This document shows positions 62,135 to 64,000 of a DNA stretch of 64,000 nt, piece by piece. A program made the position numbers and the translations under genes. Positions within the stretch are counted from its first letter, which is position 1; each line of letters begins with the position of its first letter. Under the pieces are notes generated by a model that saw nothing but the letters and a program-made list of their open reading frames with translations, did not search any database and was not told the origin of the DNA. Origin of the DNA: Leucoraja erinacea (lineage: Eukaryota); contig NC_073401.1 of the NCBI RefSeq assembly GCF_028641065.1, forward strand, positions 20,336,001-20,400,000, written 5' to 3'.

Positions 62135-62656
62135 ATGAAATCTAGAACAAGGGGCAGGATTGCAGAACAAAAGATCACTGGGGTAAAATGGTGATGAGGA
62201 AGAGTTTTGTCCTCCGGGGAGTAATATATTTTTACCTCAAAGGACAGAATAAAAGTGGTTAATTTGATATTTTCAAGAGAACTAGATTTAGCTCTTAAGG
62301 CTAAGGGATTCAAGGGATATGGGGAAAAGCCGGAATGGGCTACTGATTTTGGATGATCAGCCATGATCATATTGAATGGCGGTGCTGGCTCGAAGGGCTG
62401 AATGGAATACTCCAGCACATGTTTTCTATGTTTCTAACTCACCGGTATTTCCCAATCGTCTCCTTCCCAACACTACCACCCACCTGCGTGCAGCTGCTGT
62501 TTCCAGAGCTGGAGATCTGAGCAAACAGAAGCTGCTGGGAACACTCAACGAGTCAGGCAGCGTGTGCGGGGATGCGCTGCATTCGCTGCCACTGAAACCT
62601 CGCTCACTTTGCAACAGTTTCCTGACCCCGTTAAACGGCTCGCCATTTTATCTCAC

Positions 62657-62840
62657 CTCCAAGTCCTTGACTCTGCTTCTCTGCGCCGGGCTCGGGTCTG
62701 AGCCTCCGACCTGGCCCGGAGAGACGGGGGCGAGGGAAGAGCCGGACGGTGGCAGCGGCGAAGGGTCGTCTGAGCTGCCTGTCTGTCGCCTGCGAGGGGC
62801 CCCTGTCCTGCCTCACTCCGCTCTCCTCGACCAGCAGAAT
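62657..62840 (-). other. PML-like A non-coding exon 1 (5' UTR); 5' end approximate
   Basis: GC-rich segment ending in GAG|gtgaga, directly downstream of the ISRE; conserved in copy B; no ATG start seen. Confidence 0.65.
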
Positions 62841-62865
62841 GAGAAACGAAAGTGAAAGGGCGGAG
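62841..62865. promoter_or_regulatory. ISRE/IRF-binding element plus GC box, PML-like A promoter
   Basis: GAGAAACGAAAGTGAAAG (three GAAA cores) followed by GGGCGGAG. Confidence 0.75.
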
Positions 62866-64000
62866 TCGAGGTGCTTTTCTTAAAATGGTGAGATTACCTC
62901 CAGCCTGACCTGATCCCATCCTCCAGCATCTGCACAAAAGCATCTGTCCATCCCCCAGATTCCCGTTCACCTCGGTCCCCATCTCTAATAATTAGCCAAT
63001 CCTGCCTAGACCCAACTCATTCCAACCCTCCTGACATCCCATACCCCTCTCTTTACTCCCACCCCCCTCTGTTGATGCCCACCCAGCTCCCTGATCACCC
63101 TGTTCCCATTCAACCCCACCCAATCCCAACCCATCCATTTCTGATGAAGATACTGACTCGTGCTTGGAACAGTCTCATCCCAACCATTTCTATCCTGTCC
63201 TCCCTCAGCTTTCCTGATCTGTTCCCTCACATCTACTCATTTTCAACCTTCCTCACCACTGTGTTTTGTAAGATATCAAACCATTTATAATGAATTAATG
63301 ACTAAATACCATCACTTAATTAATGACTAAATATGACCACGTCAGGATTTGGTCAACCAGAGAGAATGTGTGCACACCAGGCTACAGAGAGGGCCAAGTC
63401 AGGGAGGGCTCCATTTCCAGGTATTAACCGTCTTGCCAGGGGCAGAGCAATTGTGCAGGGGGGGTAGATACCTCGCTGGTGATTATAGGGTTTGAGTGTG
63501 AGTTCATGCCAGAAGAATACAATAAATGCTGGAAAAGCTCACCAGGTGAGGCTGTGTGTGTGTGTGCTACAACTCCACAGCTGTTGACATCACTTGACAC
63601 AGATTATAATCTGCCTCTGACTGCTATACTAACCCATTTGGTCTGTTCCATTCAGAAATATTGATCCCAATATTGAATTCTACAACTTCAGGAAAGTTGA
63701 TTTCTCGAGCTGTACCAGTCATCCATCTGTAACATGGGCTTAGCTTGGCTTTTATTCCTACAGAGTGGAGGACATGCACAGCCAGACCTGCTGGGCTCAC
63801 CCACCTGCTCTGCCTTTTGCAACTCTCACATTTCGTCTGCATTCATGTGTTTATGTTTACACTCTCTAACTGCTTGCATTCACATCGATGAGATCACCTT
63901 CTTCTCTCTATGTCGCCCTGTCTTTACCCTCTCCCAGACATCCCCTCTCCACACACTCCTTGCAGATTACCAAGCTTCTTTTGTCTCCTATTCAGCTCTG

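Larger units (their letters stand above)
53836..64000 (+). repeat. Segmental tandem duplication unit (copy A)
   Basis: Homology to copy B starts at aaatgtaggtgaaaatgtaaaag and runs to the window end. Confidence 0.92.

Noticed and set aside
62376-62982. 100-160 aa ORFs over exon 1 (also 42511-43151 and 23830-24213)
   Set aside because: GC-rich promoter/UTR sequence poor in stops; no recognisable domain; frames not preserved between paralogs.
31110-64000. Duplication as a false haplotype duplication near the N gap
   Set aside because: The copies differ by many independent insertions with clean empty sites and have different 3' exons, and the gap lies inside a unit rather than at the junction. 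Read depth is still needed to exclude it fully.

Overview
Eukaryotic vertebrate DNA. The repeat content (CR1, Rex/Babar, Penelope and Tx1 LINEs) points to a cartilaginous fish, probably a skate or ray; this is inference. All genes are on the minus strand. (1) 1-24.3 kb: the 5' part of CABIN1, with a CpG-rich promoter, an ATG-terminal first exon and 8 further coding exons; the gene continues off the left edge. (2) ~28.6-64 kb: a tandem duplication of a PML/TRIM19-like gene. Each copy has an ISRE/IRF element, a non-coding first exon, RING, B-box1, B-box2, coiled coil and an NLS/SUMO exon. The copies end differently. The distal copy (A, ~751 aa) ends in a DEDDh 3'-5' exonuclease with all catalytic residues present. 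The proximal copy (B, ~470 aa) has no exonuclease exon in the window and appears to end in a short SIM-like exon. The rest is transposon-derived: a CGGBP-like hAT with an 8-bp TSD in the 3' UTR of copy A, copy-specific MITE-like insertions, and Penelope repeats with minimal hammerhead-ribozyme motifs. One assembly gap (43194-43322). Exon boundaries were derived by hand from splice sites and reading-phase continuity; no database searches were run, and comparisons with human proteins are from memory.
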